64,000 nt of DNA from Peribolospora baueri. Taxonomy: Eukaryota. Under the pieces are notes generated by a model. It was not told the DNA's origin, did not search any database, and worked only from the letters and a program-made list of their open reading frames with translations. Position 1 is the first letter of the stretch. Each line of letters opens with the position of its first letter. The DNA is taken from contig JAMDHS010000107.1 of the NCBI GenBank assembly GCA_029717555.1, positions 1 through 64,000 on the forward strand, read 5' to 3'. Both the position numbers and the translations under genes were made by a program. Shown in pieces: positions 1 through 14,164 of the stretch.

Positions 1-68
<68 letters not shown>
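1..68. repeat. poly(A) homopolymer at window start
   Basis: 68 consecutive A's directly visible; may be truncated by the window or contig edge. Confidence 0.95.
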
Positions 69-70
<2 letters not shown>

Positions 71-2997
71 ATGGGAGTCCGCCTCTCCCGTCCGAAACTC
101 ACCTTGTTGGGCGTGCGCCTACGATCTCGGTCTGCGAAGGGCGCGTAGCGAACCTGAACGTTGAGCTTTGCATCGGACGAGAAGGCCTGGTTGCGTGCTG
201 GCCTGGGGCCGTAGCTGAGAGGGGGGAGGGACGAAAGGGAAGGGGTGAGCGGGAAGCGGGACGGAGGGGATCGGGTGGTCGTTGTCGTGGTGGTCGTGGT
301 CGTCGCCGTCGTCGATCGACCATCTACCTGCGATCGACGTCCCATCGGGCGGGCAGAGAAGCGACGACCATGTAGGCGCTCTTCTGTGTGCTCGCCCATT
401 CGCCGCCCCGTGCCGCCGATGCACGGAGACGACAGGGCAGACGAAGATGAAGACAAAGACAAAGACAAAGACGAGGGGGGAAAGCGACCGGCCCTTCCTT
501 CACTCACACCGCGCACGCCATCTTCACCCTGCCTGTCTCGATGTACGCTGACCCGTCGGCCTGGGCTACGAGGCCGAGCTGGAGGACTGAACGGGGTGGG
601 AGGCAGGCAGGCAGGGACATGCACGTGCACGTGAGTGGAGGAGACGGGGGCAGGAAAAAAAGGAGGACATGACATGACATGACACGACATGGCGTCTCAC
701 AGATCGGTCGGACGTCGTGCGGCGCCCTGTCCTCGTCGCGTCTTCGCTTAGCCGGGGACGGACGATCAGTGTCAAAAAAAATCGGGAACGTGGTTTCCGG
801 GCCGTTGATCCTCCGTCGGTCAAAGGCGAGGGCCATGATGATGGTGATGGGGGGTGGTGATTGCGGCGATCGTGATCTTCTCTGATCTGTTTGGTGCCGA
901 CGAAAGATGGCCGGCGTGGACGATGCGATGGCCGCGTCGGGCGACGAGAAGAACCGAGAAGAAGAGAAGGAGAGCGTCGGCGGTGGTTAAGGTTCGGGCC
1001 TACGTACCATTAGTCGTCGCTCCGGGTGGTCGGTCTCCTGGCTGCCTCATTCAATTGACTGCGGCAATTGCATCACGTGGGCCGGCCGGCGGCGGGACCA
1101 GCTCGACGGTGAGCTCGATCAGAGCGAGTGGGGACGGATACGGGAGGGAGCAGGGCGAAGGCGAGGGAGATAGGCGGCAACGACGACGACGAGGAGGACG
1201 AGGGCAAGAAGGAGAGACGATGACAACGATGACGACAACGACGACAACCACAACGACCGCCTCCCCCAATCGTCCGTGCGAGCCCGTCCCTTCTTTTCCC
1301 CCGCCCCTTGCCTTGCCGTACCCCTCCCTACCCCTACCCTACCCCTGTCCCTGCCCCCTTCCCTTCCACCGTAGTTCAAGCGGACCGTGTAGTGAAACAT
1401 GTACGGTACGGAAAACGATCCATGTACCTGGATGGCTCGGTGGGAAAGAAGCAAGGCTGGGACGTGGGCGACACGAACACTTACACGAACACCAACACGG
1501 CTCTCACGTCCAGTCAGCGTCAGCGACCGCGTCGGCTCGTCGTCCGACGGGGGCCGACGTCCCGAATGGCATGACCGACTGCGGCCTTGGCTGGCCATTC
1601 CTCCCTCCATTTAGCGGGCCGGGGCAAGCTCGCGTCCGATCTACTACAGCACCGAGTCGCAGTTCGCAGTCGCAACTTTGGCCGCTAGTACTTCCTTCTC
1701 CGGCCGAAGCCATGGATGGATGTGGTTCGTGGCGATTCATTGCATGGGCCGCGAATGACGAGTCCGCCAGGATGGCGAGCATGGAATGGCTTCCTACCGC
1801 AGCCGCAGCCGCAGCCAGCCGCCCCCAGTTGTCGTTGCTTAGGCCGCAGTCAGTAGCTAGCTATTGAGCCCTGCCTCTGTCTGTCCATCCGTAGTCGACC
1901 TCGCCCGCCCACCCTCGCACCAGCCGGAGCCGCCCGGCTTGCGCGCCGTCTCCGTCTCCGTCTCCGTCTATCCATCTGGCTCTGGTTCCATTCATCGAAT
2001 GAATCATTGGTCCGCATCGCCCGGCGCTAAGTCTAAACAGCCACTTCACTTCCACTCCAACCGTGCTTAAGCAGTTCTCTCCACGTCCCGTCCCGTCCGC
2101 TTCCCTCGTTCCTTCGCGCACCTACGCATGCCCATCCTCGTGCGGCCAGGGGCGAGGGCGAGAAGAGGGCGAGGGCAAGGGGTGGAGGGAAAAGGGAGAA
2201 GAGAAGAGCGACGACGTCGAGCGAGACGTCGTAACTGTCCTCCCCAACTTACGTCATCATCGCGTCCATACGCGCAGACGAAGGAAGAAGGAAGAAGCTA
2301 GCCGGCCCCCTCGACGTCGTACAAGGTTGCCCGGCAGGCTGGCTGCGTGCGGCACTGCGGTGCTTGTGTACGACCTTGCGTTGGGTTCGCACGACACACG
2401 TACCATCATACTATCCTTAACTCGACCGCTCGCCCCGTCCTTCTTTCCTCCATCGTCGAGTCAAGTCTCCTCGTCGAGGTCCGAGGAACGCCAGCGACAC
2501 CGACCGACGAAGCGAAGGCGATGCCACGGCTCCAGATCCGCCCACACACACACCCCGCTCGCCACGGCAGACTGTATTCTACGAGCTCATTACATACTTG
2601 CGTACCTAAGTAGCGTCTGCTTCCGGCCGCGAGCAGTCGACAAGCAAAGGGGCGACACGAGAGGAGACAGGATCGACGACCGACGACGACGACGACGACG
2701 ACGACGACGGACGGAAGGAGGAAGGAAGGGGTGCGAGCGAGCGAACGACGCACTGGCCTGGCCGGACCGACGGCGAGCGAGTGAACAGAGTTAAAAACCG
2801 CGACCCTCCTTTTCCTTTTTCTTGCCTCCCCCCGCTCTTTCTTTTCCTCCTCTTCCTCCATCCCCCCTTCGCCTCGTCTGCTTCCTTCCCTTCTCTTTCC
2901 ACCACCACCACCACCCGAGCAAGCGACGACGACGACACCGACACCGACACCGACACCGACATCGACATCGACGCCGCCCCTTCCACCCCTCCTCGCC

Positions 2998-5693
2998 ATG
3001 AGCGCCGACCACCAGGCCACCTACGACGACCCCCGCGTCGTCCTCGTTCACAACCTCCCCAGGCAGGGTGAGTAGTCCTCCGCCCGAGTCCGAGTCCGAT
3101 GTAGCTCGCACTGCTCACTCCGCCCTACCTCGTCCTCCCTCAGTCAACGACGTCTGGCTCAAGACCCTCTTCGGCTCCGTCGGTGAGCCCACCACGCCCC
3201 TCCTCTCCCTTTCCCCCAGCACGCCCACGCTGACTTTGCACCCCCCCTCCGCGCCCCCCGACAGGCAACGTCGAAGCGGTCGAGCTGACCTTCCCCAACC
3301 AGATGGCCACCGGACACGCCGTTGTCACCTTTCAGACCCCAGAGCACGCCGTCGCCAGCCTCGACTTGGATGGTTTCGTCGCCCTCGGATCCAGTCTGTG
3401 CGTTCCCTGCCCGCGGCCGACATGACAGGGTGAAAAGCTGACGCCTTGCGCCTTGCCCTTGGTGGCGCATTCACCCTTCTAATTCGCATCCCTCGCCTCG
3501 TCCCCCCCCCAGTCAAGTCCGTCTCCGTGCAGATCCCAACCGTCGCTCCCTATATAAACCTCCCAGGCCGGATAACTCGCTCGGCGTCCTCTTCGACCGC
3601 CGCGCTTCCCTTCCTGAGGGCAGGTTGGCCTCGGCTGCCGTCGCCGCCGCCGCCGATGCGGGCGCTGCCAGGATGCTTTTCAATGGCCCCCCCAAGCCCG
3701 TCGCTCCGGCCGCACACAAGAACCTGTGAGCTTGGAGCCGGAGCAAGGCGATGGCAAGGAAGCGGCAGACGCACATTTGCTCATCCCATCCCCTCTTGGC
3801 TCTCCCTAGTTACGTCCTCAACCTTCCCCTCGACGCGACCACCGACCAGTTGGCGGGCCTCTTTGGCACGTACGGAAGGGTCGTTCACTGCGTCATCCTC
3901 GCCATGCTCGACAACCAGGCTAGGTCAGTCCAGCGTCGCTCGATCGAATCGTCTCATTCGGCCCCGGAGGCCTTGATCCGCTTGGCGCTCGCAAGTCTTG
4001 CACTGATCCTTGTCCGCTTGCTTTGCACAGGCGCAGGGGCTTCATTGACATGTCCTCGCCCGACGAGGCCAAATCGGCCATTGAGGGACTCAACGGCTAC
4101 GTATGGAACGGCTATCCTATCGAGGTTTCCGTGAGTAAATGCTGCGCCACGCTGCGGGCCAAGCGATCCACGACGCCAAGCTGAGCTGTGCATGTTCGCC
4201 TCGCCTCTACGCCTCGGATCAGTATGCCATCGTTCAGCGTGGCAATCCCTTCGACGAGACGCACGGTGGCAAGGGCATCGTGAAGCGCAATGGTGAGCAC
4301 TGCCTGTCGGAGTCGCGAGTCGCCTCCACTTTGGATGTCCCTCTGAAATCAAATCTCCCTCCCTCTATCGCCCGCCAAGCAGTGCCTCGCAATCGCTACA
4401 ACACCGGCCCTCGCCGCGTTCCAAGCGACTCTTCCATGACCCCCGCTGGCCCTTTCCCTCCGAACCTGTCCACTCTCCAGCCTCGGCACGTCTCTGCCCC
4501 CATCTCCGCCACCGTCCCCAATAGCCCTTCTTACCCGCCCGAGAGCATGATGACCCCGCCTCAGGGGCCAGTGACCGCCATCGACCCTTTCACCCTTCTC
4601 ATCACCGGCCTCGCCCCCTCGGACTGCCTCGACGATGAGGACTTCAAGGCCTTCTTGTCCCCCTTTGGCCACGTCACAAACGCCACGCTGAGCAAGGACG
4701 AGGCGGGCGTGTCGCGCGGCTTTGGAGTCGTCTCCTTCTCCACCGTCCTCGACGCTGCCGCCGCTAGGGCCGTCCTCGATGGCCAACTCCTCAACGGTCG
4801 CAAGATCTCCGCCTTGCCTCTGTATTTCACTCCTTCGCAGCTCGTCAGGGACGCTTATGTGGTGTGTGCACGCGTCGTTGCCGCCGCCGCCGTCACACAC
4901 CAGCATGGATTGACCGCCGCTTGTGTTTCCTCAGTCCTCCCAGGTCCCCTCCTCCCCTGCGCCCTTCTTGTCTTCGACCATGACAGACATGTTCTCGTCG
5001 CAAGCCATGGCTCCCCAGTTGAGCGCCGATGGCTACTTTAACCACCCTCTTCACTACAACCCGCACTTGCCGCCCATCTCCCGGTCGGTCAGCTTGCCTC
5101 GCACGACGATGCACACCAGCCCTTTATCCACCGAAGCCACCGACGCCCTCCGCGGCCACATTCCCCCCGCCGCCCGCACGCCCAAGCCCAACAATGCGAC
5201 GAGCGCCCGCTCGCCGAACGACAGTCTGGGCGGCGACCCCAAGCAGCACCTCCAGGGCCTCGCCTCGGGCCTCCCCGCGCTTCTCAGCGTCAGCCCACAC
5301 AGTTCGGCGTCGAGCAGCACTGCCAGCTGTCGCTCGCCTGCGAGTCAGTTCAGCGCCAACGAAAGTCCGGAGAGCAGGCGCACGAGCCTGTCGGACGACC
5401 CCGTCTGGGCTCCCTCGCACGGCCCTGGCGAGGACGAAGGGTGGAGCTCCGCCGTCGTCGCCGTCAAGGGCTCGCCCGTCAAGAGGCTCAACGGCAGCAG
5501 TTCGCCTAGCTGTCCTAGTAGGGTGAGCCTCGGCCGTCGTCGGATCGACGCGCCAGGAAGCGATACGCCCCGAAGCGATACGCACGGAAGCCGACCGTCT
5601 TCCTTTCTACCTACCTCCTGGCCTTGGCAGGGTTCCACCTCGGACGACGGCTTTCGCCTCAATCCTCCCGACCTGAGTGCTTTGAAGGTCTAG
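2998..5693 (+). CDS. Multi-exon RNA-binding protein with three RRM domains and an S/P-rich C-terminus
   Basis: ATG 2998 (MSADHQATYDDPRVVLVHNLP); spliced RRM2 KNLYVLNLP...RRRGFIDM...LNGYVWNGYPIEVS; RRM3 LLITGL...SRGFGVVSF...LDGQLLNGRKI; GT-AG introns; stop 5693. Confidence 0.8.
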
Positions 5694-6661
5694 GAGGCGC
5701 GCCAATTTCGTTTCGGTTCCCCCGTTTTCCCCCGGTTCAGCTCATCATGGTCTCGTGTGCCCTACCTCTCCAGTGTTTCTCGTCTCGTCCCGTCTCGTTC
5801 CGTCTCGGCCCGTGCAGGCGTGCTCCCTCTACCCAGTGCTACCTTGTTCACTCTCCTCCCTGCGTGCTCCATCCCCATTATTCCCCGTCCGTCCTCATTA
5901 TTCCCCGTCCGTTCGTCTCATCTTCGTATCATCGTATTTCCTAGGGCTCCCCCTTCCTCGGACGCCTTGGCCCCCATCATCAGCCCGCGCCTCCCATACG
6001 TCATCCTCCCCCGGCCTTGCCGCTGCGCTTCTTTTCCACGCATATCCTATGTCCTTGATATGGGCGCCCGCCGTCGTCGTCTTCGCCGTTTGTTCGATGG
6101 GCGATGATGGAGAATATCTATGTACATGCATTACTTTGTCGGAACCAGTCCGGCCTGTCTCGCATACTGTCGGACGTTGAGCAAATTTATTTGTTTTTTT
6201 TTTGGCGCCGTCCGTCTGTCTGTCTCGAGTGGCCGTGCGAGGAGGCGAAGCGGAGATGCGAAAGGCAAGGTAGGAGCGGAAGTGGTGTCGGGGCGCGAGT
6301 GGCTCGGCTCGGCTCGCTCGTACGGTCTCTTTTCGTCTCTTCTCATCTCATCCGCCGTTGGGACGTCGTCAAGCTCGACTACGTCGTACCAGACTTTTTG
6401 TTTTTGTTTTTTATACCTTTCCGCGCCCTCAGCCGTCCTTTCTGATGGGTGGCTGGCTGACCCGATACGACATGGGACATGGGACGAGGAGAGACGCGGT
6501 GGGACGAACGGGTCGGGAGGAGGGAGGACTCGGTTTGTATTGCTCGGAATACAGAGGGATCGATGATCCGGAATGCGAAGGAGGACGGAAGGAAAGACAG
6601 GAAAGACGGGGATGACGCGACGCGACGATCTCCTCGTTCCCCTTGAGCCAAAATGAAACTT

Positions 6662-8246
6662 TCAGCCAAAAGCCTTCCAAAGCTGGTTATAGATCAAAAA
6701 GATCATCGCCGAGCTAGGCGCACTCCGAAGCACGCTGATCCCGCATCCGGCGTACAAGCCTGGTAGGCCACGGGCACGGTAGATGTCGGCAAAGGTGCGT
6801 CCGAATGACTTTCGACCACCCGGTGGTGGTGGCTGCTGCTGCTGCTGCTGCTTCGGACGGCCGGCCGCTGCTTGCGGTTCTGGGGTGGTGGAGATGGCTC
6901 GGGATGGTTGTGCGAAGGCGGGGGATAGGGGATGAGAAGACGCCGACGTCGAGGGCGAAGGGGAAGCCGAAGTGGGGATAGGTGCCGGTCGTCGGTACTC
7001 GTCTGCCGTTTGCATCGCCGCCTTGACCGCGTCGAACGGGGCCGGGATAAAGTTCTGTGGTAGCAACGACGCGGGGGGGAATGTAGATGAGCGTTCCACG
7101 CACGTTCGTCTGACGCGAGGATATGTCTTGGAGAAAAGAAGGGAACCCACATAACTCATCCCGGCAGCCGCGCCAGCGAGCATGAGCTCCACCGCGCCCA
7201 AGTCCTTCTTGCCCACCACGACGTCGCCCCTGCCCACTCTCTCGTTCTCCCTCTGCCTCCATCGAATGAAGCGCGCGGTGACAAACTCGTACGCCAAGAA
7301 CCACGCGCAGCTGCCGCCCGTCTCCCTGAAAAGTGTCCCCAACTGGCCAGTCCACAGGCCTGCTAGACCCCGTTCGGAGACGGTGGTGCGGACGATAGTG
7401 AGCGGGCCTGGGAGGTCCCTGAACGCCGAAGGGGGCACCTTTGCCGCGCCGCCGCCGCCGCCGCCGCCAGCCGCTCTAGCTGAAGAAGAAGAAGACGACG
7501 AAGAAGAAGAAGAAGAAGACGAAGACGAAGAAGAGGCGGCGGCGGAGAAGAGAGCGGCTTGCTCGCGAGCGACCATCTGGACCTGCATGCGACACTTGAC
7601 GTGCTCAATCGGCGTCAAGACGACCGAGGCGCATGCGCCCGCTGCCGACGCTGCCAAGGCCAGTTGTGGCATCGAGAGCGGCGCCGGGACGGCAGAGGAG
7701 GAGGGGCCGGACGGAGTGTTGCCGGAGACGAGCCGTATGCCGTCTTGGACGCGGTTGTAGACCAAAAAGAGCGTCGAGTTTTCCACCGCCGCGCCGAGGA
7801 GGGGGAGGGATATGCCCTGCGATGAAAGCAGGCGTGGCGAGGAATCGGGAGGGAGGAGTGAGCGACGCCGAGAGAGGGTGGAAAACGAGCGAGCGAGGGA
7901 GATGGACACCAACTCTATACAACCCCTTCACGCCCTCCCTCCTCATCGTCGTGACAAAACAGTCCAAAGCGCCCTTGTACCTCGCCGGCTCGTCCAGCGG
8001 CTGGGACTGAAGGCGAACCTTGACGAGGTCGGGCGGGTGTTCGATGACTTTGGCGCACATGCCTGCGACCTGCGGGTGGGGGGAGCGACGAAGGTGAGCG
8101 AAGGTGGCCGCCGAGTCATCGAATTGAAGCTCTTTCTCGAAGACGAAGACTCTCTCCGGAACGACCAAGGCAGGCCGAACACTCACGCTGCCAAACACGA
8201 CGTCCTTCGCCGCATCGTTCCACGCCGCGGACGTGTGCACGGCCAT
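6662..8246 (-). CDS. Mitochondrial carrier protein (SLC25), ornithine/basic amino-acid carrier ORT1/ARG11-like
   Basis: Three Px[DE]xx[KR] motifs (PPDLVKVRLQ, PIEHVKCRMQ, PFDAVKAAMQ); GISLPLLGAAVENSTLF and RETGGSCAWF are typical of ORT1-like carriers; 3 introns. Confidence 0.85.
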
Positions 8247-9175
8247 CACCGCTGCCCGCTCCGGCTCCTCCAGGGCGCTTCGAACGAACACGGGTGGTGG
8301 GGAGGAGGAGGATGTGGCGAGGCTGTGAGGAAGCGTTTTGTCGGTGGTGGCGAGCGAGGCGTGGCGGGGTGGAGGTGGATAGTGGGCAAAGAAACGGGAG
8401 GGGAATAGAAGAGGTGAAGGAGGAGGAGGAGGAACAAGGCGAGGCGTGAACGGCTGGGACGGCGAAGGCGAACGGCGCCCTGTCTCGCCCGCGTCTTGTG
8501 TCTCGAAGACGAAAGATGGGGGAGGGAAGAGCGAGAGAAGAGCGAGAGAAGAGAGAGAGGAGGAAAAAAAAAGCGAGAAGACGTTGAAGAGGGCTGCTAT
8601 CGGCCCATCGTACGTTTTGACGACTGGAGTTCTATCGATCTATGTAGTATGTAGGATGTTGGATGAAAAGCCGTCGGTCGGTCGGTCGGCGCCAAGGTGG
8701 GAGGGACGGATGATGGACGATGGTGGAGGGAGGACCGCACTGGTCGGGCGAGACTAACGTCGGGCCTACTCTCCACCTTGGGCGAAGCGACGGATGGGAC
8801 GGAATGGGACGGTCCGACGGTGGCGAAGGGCGACCGAGGTGGTGAAGATGAGAAGAAGCAAGAAGCAAGAAGAAGAGCCGCGACAGATCGTGTCTATCGC
8901 CATCGGTCCGTCCATCGGTCCGTCAGCCGCCGACGGTCGCCTAGTTTCGGTACTCTACTTCACACCACCACGCCTCTTCTCATCGGCCCTTTCGACATCT
9001 GACGGAGGGAGGGTAGTGGACGCTCGAAAAAAACCGCCGTTTCCTTTCCATTATCACGATCGAAACCACGACACGACGATCGAAGCACGACCAAGCGAGC
9101 AAGCGCCGCGCAGCCGACGACGCGATGAGTAAGTAATATACATACACAGCGACGGCTCACGACGGAAACGAACAC

Positions 9176-10748
9176 TCAAGCGAGCAACTCCTTGAGCAAC
9201 TCGACAAGCTTCTCCATCTCTTCCCTCGTACCGATCGTCACGCGCAAGCACCCCCGGCACCCGAGCTCCTTAGCCCTGAAGCGCACGACAAGGCCTCTGT
9301 GCTCGGCCATCTCCTTGTAGATCTCTCCGGCTCTCTCGCTACTCGGCTCGCCTCCCTGATCACGCGGGGCGTTGAGGATCTCGACGAGGACAAAGTTGGA
9401 TCCCTTGCCGCTCAGCACTCTGCCCGTGGCGGGGATGGTGGCCAGCTGGGCGAGAAACCAGTCGCGGTTCGAGAGAAGCGTCTGCAGGTTCGTGCGCATC
9501 GTCTCGACGCCGGCGGGCGAGAGGCCGAGCGAGGCGAGGTGGGCGGTGGGCGCGCCGATGTTGTAGGGCGCCTTGGTGTTGTTGAGAAGCTGGATGATAG
9601 GCGGTTGAGCGAACGCGGCGCCGAGGCTGCGGGGCGAATAAAAGGAAAAGTCAATGACGCCGTTGGCCTACGTCCTAGTCGCTTCGCCGGGCGCTCACCG
9701 AATGGCAGCCAGACCAAACGCCTTGCTGAGCGTCTGAACGACGACCAAATTCTGGTACTCCTTGATGAGACTGCAAGCGCTCACGTCCCTCACGGGCCTA
9801 CCCTGGCTGGCGGCGTCGAGGTGCTCCTGTGCGATGGCGAAATCGATGTAGGCCTCGTCGACGACGACCAAGCCGTTGTAGGCCGGGTTATCGAGCACGC
9901 GGCGGATGTCGGACAGAGGGAGGAGCGAGCCGGTGGGGTTACCGGGAGAGCAGAGGAAGATGAGCTTGATGTCTCGATCGGCAGCGGCGGCCTTGTTGAC
10001 CTCGTCGACGCGAAGCATAAATCGCTTGCAGCCGTCGCTGTCCACATCGAGGGGAACCTGTACGACCTCAAGGTCATTGATCATGGCGCACACGGTGTAC
10101 ATGCCGTAGGTGGGGGGGCAGATGAGGATCTTGTCGCGGCCGGGGCGGCAGGTGACGCGCTGGAGGAGGTCGAGCACCTCGTCGCTTCCGACGCCGAGAA
10201 AGACGAAGGGGGAGCCGCCGGTGGGGTCATAGGCGTCGGTGAAGGGGAGGCCGCGGAACTTGGCCCAGCTGGTCTTGACGTGGAACAGGGACGGATCCGG
10301 GTAGCGGTGGAGCGCGAGGGGGTCTTCGTCGAGCGTGGGCGCGCGGAGGGCGGCGGTGCTGGCGGAGGAGGAGGTCGAGGTCAAAGTTGAGCTCGGGGTG
10401 CCGTTGGCGGCGCTGGCGACGGTGGAGGTGCCGGGGGGAAGGGCGTGGCCGAGAGCGTGCTCGTTGGCGTCGAGGAGGATGCCGGACTGGGAGGAGAGAG
10501 GAAGCAAGTGAGCGAACGAGGAGCGAGCGTTCCTTTCGTTTCGCTTCTTTTCTCGTCCACGACCCGATGGGCGGGCAGGCGGAACTGACCTGATAGTCAT
10601 CCCTGGCGCACCGGTAAGGCTCCAGCTGGAAGATGTTGGGCCTGACGACCTTTGCGATGTCAAAGTGGGGCGGCTTGAGGGCGACGTGCTTGGCGTCGCC
10701 GGTGAGCTTGGCCGTCGAGTCGGTGAGGCCGTGAATGTGGACGGGCAT
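9176..10748 (-). CDS. HIS5: Histidinol-phosphate aminotransferase
   Basis: VRPNIFQLEPYRCARDDY, ILLDANE, LGVGSDE, LCSPGNPTG, VVDEAYIDF, PLP-lysine motif TLSKAFGLAAIR, C-terminal CLRVTIGT. Confidence 0.95.
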
Positions 10749-11435
10749 GGCGGAGGTGGGAGGAGGGTGAGGGTGAGGGTGAGGGTGAGCGAGAGGTGGG
10801 CTTGGGTGTGGTTGAATTTGAAGGAGTGACTGATGAGTGTCGGAAGACGAGACTGACGTCGGGTCTGTCTGAGCGCGTCGGTCTGATCGGCTGGGGCGCG
10901 GCTTGCTCGTCGCTGGTTGCTGGTTGCTGGCGCTCGTCTGTCGTTCGCTCGCTCGTTCGCTTCCTTTTAGAACGCGCGACGGGGGTCGTGGCCGAGGCTG
11001 AGGCCGAGGAGTTGACGGTGGGCCTTGTTAGTAAACGATCGAGGGCGAGGGGAGACGCAAGGAGGGTGGGAAGAGACGAATGGAAGGAAGAAGGAAGGGA
11101 GAAGGAAGAAGGTGGCTCAGTGTAGAATACTAAATAGAGTTGCAGTGGTGACGTCGACGCCTTCTGATGTTGACTCGACTCGACTCGACTCGACTGACTC
11201 GCACAACAAATCTGTTCGCCCCGGATCCATCCGTCCTTTCGTTCCCAACCACGCCCACTCTTTCCGGAGGCCCGTGCATGGATGGACCACCACGCCAGGA
11301 GGTGGCCCAAGCGTGGGAACACGGCGCGGATGGGAAGCCATGCGCTTCGACCGCTCCACGCCCCGATCGACACACACACAGATACACAGACGCTCGTCCA
11401 CCTCGCCGGCCAGCGACGCCGACAACAACAACAAC

Positions 11436-12805
11436 ATGTCCAACAAGCAGCACGCCACCGTCGAGGAGTTCGACGATGACACCGAGGTGACTTCGCCGTT
11501 CCCTGCCCCGTCCGAGCCGAGCGAGCGATCGACCGACCGATCGGCCATGCCCGCGTCCACCGCAACCTGACCGACATCATCTTGCCCTCCCTCTTCCCAC
11601 ACAGTTCGACCTCCCCCCCGTCCCCCGCCCCCCGCCGCCCTCCAACCCCGTCTATGGCGCCTCCTCCTCCGCCGCCGCCTCCGACCCGCTCGCCAGCATG
11701 TTCGCAAACATCGACCCGGCCCAGCTTGAGGCCATGCGCTCCCAGTTTGCCAACATGGGCATGGGCGCCATGGGAGGCCTTGGCGGCGGTCAGATGGCCG
11801 CCGCCGACGAGGACGATGACGACGGGCTGCAGCTTAAGGGCGCCAAGGAGGTCCAGGACGACTCGTCGTTTAAGCAGTGCGTGTCCCTCTTCGAGCACAG
11901 AACGTGGTCGCCACACACCTCTCACACGCCCTCCCCATCGCCCCTCTTTTCCGCAGCTGGTCCTCCATCTATCCCGCCTACATCGACGCCAAGCGCTCCT
12001 GCGCCAATACGGGCGGCAACGGCGGGAGGAAGATTGCGTACGAAAAGGCCGTCCTCTGGCCCAGGTCGAGGGACATGGCCGAGGAGGCGAGGAGACTCGG
12101 CGTAGGCGTCGCCCACGAGGTGCGTCGGTCGAGGATGCGCGAAAAGGGACACGACACCAGCGTCCCGTCACTCATCGTCGTGTCTCCCTCTTCCCCCTTT
12201 TTTCGTGTCCAGCCCGGAAAAACGCACCCGCAAGACTGGACAAATCCCGGACGGATAAAGGTGCGATTGTTCGACGAGGAGAAGCGACCGCTGACGCGAT
12301 TCCGATCCAGTGAGTCCACGCCCGTCGTCCGCCCGCCATTCGCTGCTCTTTCTTTCGTCCCCTCACCATCGTCGCCCGCCCGTGCGTAGAGAAACAGCTC
12401 CTCGAAGCCATCGCCGCCGCCCTTCAACAAGCCCATGGCGGCCCACCTCCCCCGCTTAAGCAAGCCGTCAAAGCGGCCAAGAAGACCGAGCCGACGGCGA
12501 CGACGAAGGCTGCGAAGAGGGCCGCTTCCACTCGAAGGCCAGGTCCTCCTCGCCGTCGCCCCATCCCACCACTCCCCCCTTCCTCCTCCCTCCCCACCAC
12601 CGCCCGCCTCCCGCCACATTCGCCCGCTCTACAAGCAGGCCTGCTCAATATGGACTTGAAGGAAAGCATGGGCTTTGATCCTACCGCCATGTTCGGCGGT
12701 GGCGCTGGCGTCCCCCCCGGCGACGGGACGGGGCAGGTGGAAGGAGGGCAAGGGCAGCAGATGCCAAAGAAGATGAAGCGCAAGGTCGTACGCATCGGCC
12801 ATTGA
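11436..12805 (+). CDS. SEC65: Signal recognition particle 19 kDa subunit (SRP19/Sec65)
   Basis: Spliced WSSIYPAYIDAKRS..GGRKI, HEPGKTHPQDWTNPGRIKV, C-terminal KMKRKVVRIGH*; N-terminal ATVEEFDDD. Confidence 0.9.
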
Positions 12806-13519
12806 CCCGCGTAATTGTGTACTTTACGTGTCCGGTGCGGTGCGGTTTGGATCGCGAGTGAGCGGTGTGTACGCGCACATTCTCCTACGGGGGATGTAGC
12901 ACCGCGCTCTCCATGGGATACGGTACGGTGGGCCTGTCCTGCGTGCAGTAGAAAGGTCGGGCGACCGGGTCACCGCTTTGGCTGGACCGGCGGGATGGGA
13001 TAGGCGAAAATAGACGCCTTTTTACGCTTTCTCCTCCCATGAATGTCCATTTTGTCGCGTCCGAAAAAGATTTTGGAGAACATACGCGTCCGAAAAAGTT
13101 TTGAAGAACATACATACATGGAGTACGACGGATGCGATCTGGTTAGCACAAGCGTAGCGTCGTCGTCGTCGTCGTGCGCAAGGTGCAAAACGGTGAATCG
13201 TAATAGGAGGGTCAGTTTATCGACGCGCTGGTCACAATGCGCTCGCTCGCTCGGCTTCCAGAGCGATCCTGAGTTATTAGTGGTCGGTGCAACCGGCCGT
13301 TGCCCGTGCGCTCAGTGGCCCGTGCGCAACCATAACCCTACTCGTACCGACTATACAGTTTCATATCCCCCGTCCTCACGTGCGCTTCTTCCAGGCTGCG
13401 GCTCGGGCGAACCAGCGCACCGCTCAGACGCTCGCCGACCCTTGAGCCGGCGCGAACGGTGGCCCCCTCTCTCGACCGCTTCGTCCATCATCATCTTCGA
13501 CCGTCCACCACCCTTCAAG

Positions 13520-14164
13520 ATGACCAAGAAGAGAAGAAACGCCGGCCGCTCCAAGCACGGACGCGGACACACCCCCTTCGTCCGGTGCTCCAACTGCTCT
13601 CGCTGCGTGCCCAAGGACAAGGCCATCAAGCGCTTCACCGTCCGCAACATGGTCGAGAGCGCCGCCATCCGTGACATCAGCGAGGCTTCCGTCTACTCCG
13701 GTGAGCTACCCTTTCTCTCTTTTTTCTCGTCCTTCGTCTCGCCGCACGCGCTTGGCTGTCTGGATGAGGGCAAGCCGCTGACTCGTGTGACCGACTGGTG
13801 GCCCCTCGCTCGTTCGCTTGCCTCGCCCGCTCTGTCGTGCGTGTGTACCTCTTCCAGAGTACGTCCTCCCCAAGCTCTACATCAAGGTCCACTACTGCGT
13901 CTCCTGCGCCATCCACGCCCACAGTGAGCACCCTTTCGCGCACCCCATCCTCATACACGAAAAGAGAGACTCCTGGCTGACCACTTGATCGTCGCCTCGC
14001 GCGCCCTTCCAGTCGTTCGTGTCCGCTCCCGCGAGGGTCGCCGCAACCGCGCTCCCCCTCCGCGCGTGCGCTACAACCGTGACGGCAAGAAGGTCAATCC
14101 CGCCGTTGCCGCTGCGCAAGCAGCGCAGGGTGCCGGCGCCGCCGCTCCCGCCGCCAGGACCTGA
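13520..14164 (+). CDS. RPS26: 40S ribosomal protein S26 (eS26)
   Basis: [61 protein letters not shown]; two introns. Confidence 0.97.

Noticed and set aside
854..2794. 337-aa and 243-aa ORFs upstream of the RRM gene
   Set aside because: Translations of microsatellite-rich intergenic or UTR DNA with no protein-like motifs
9299..10390. 363-aa plus-strand ORF
   Set aside because: Antisense shadow of HIS5 caused by GC-rich codon bias
10660..12171. 503-aa minus-strand ORF
   Set aside because: Overlaps SRP19 antisense and the HIS5 promoter; low-complexity translation with no domain
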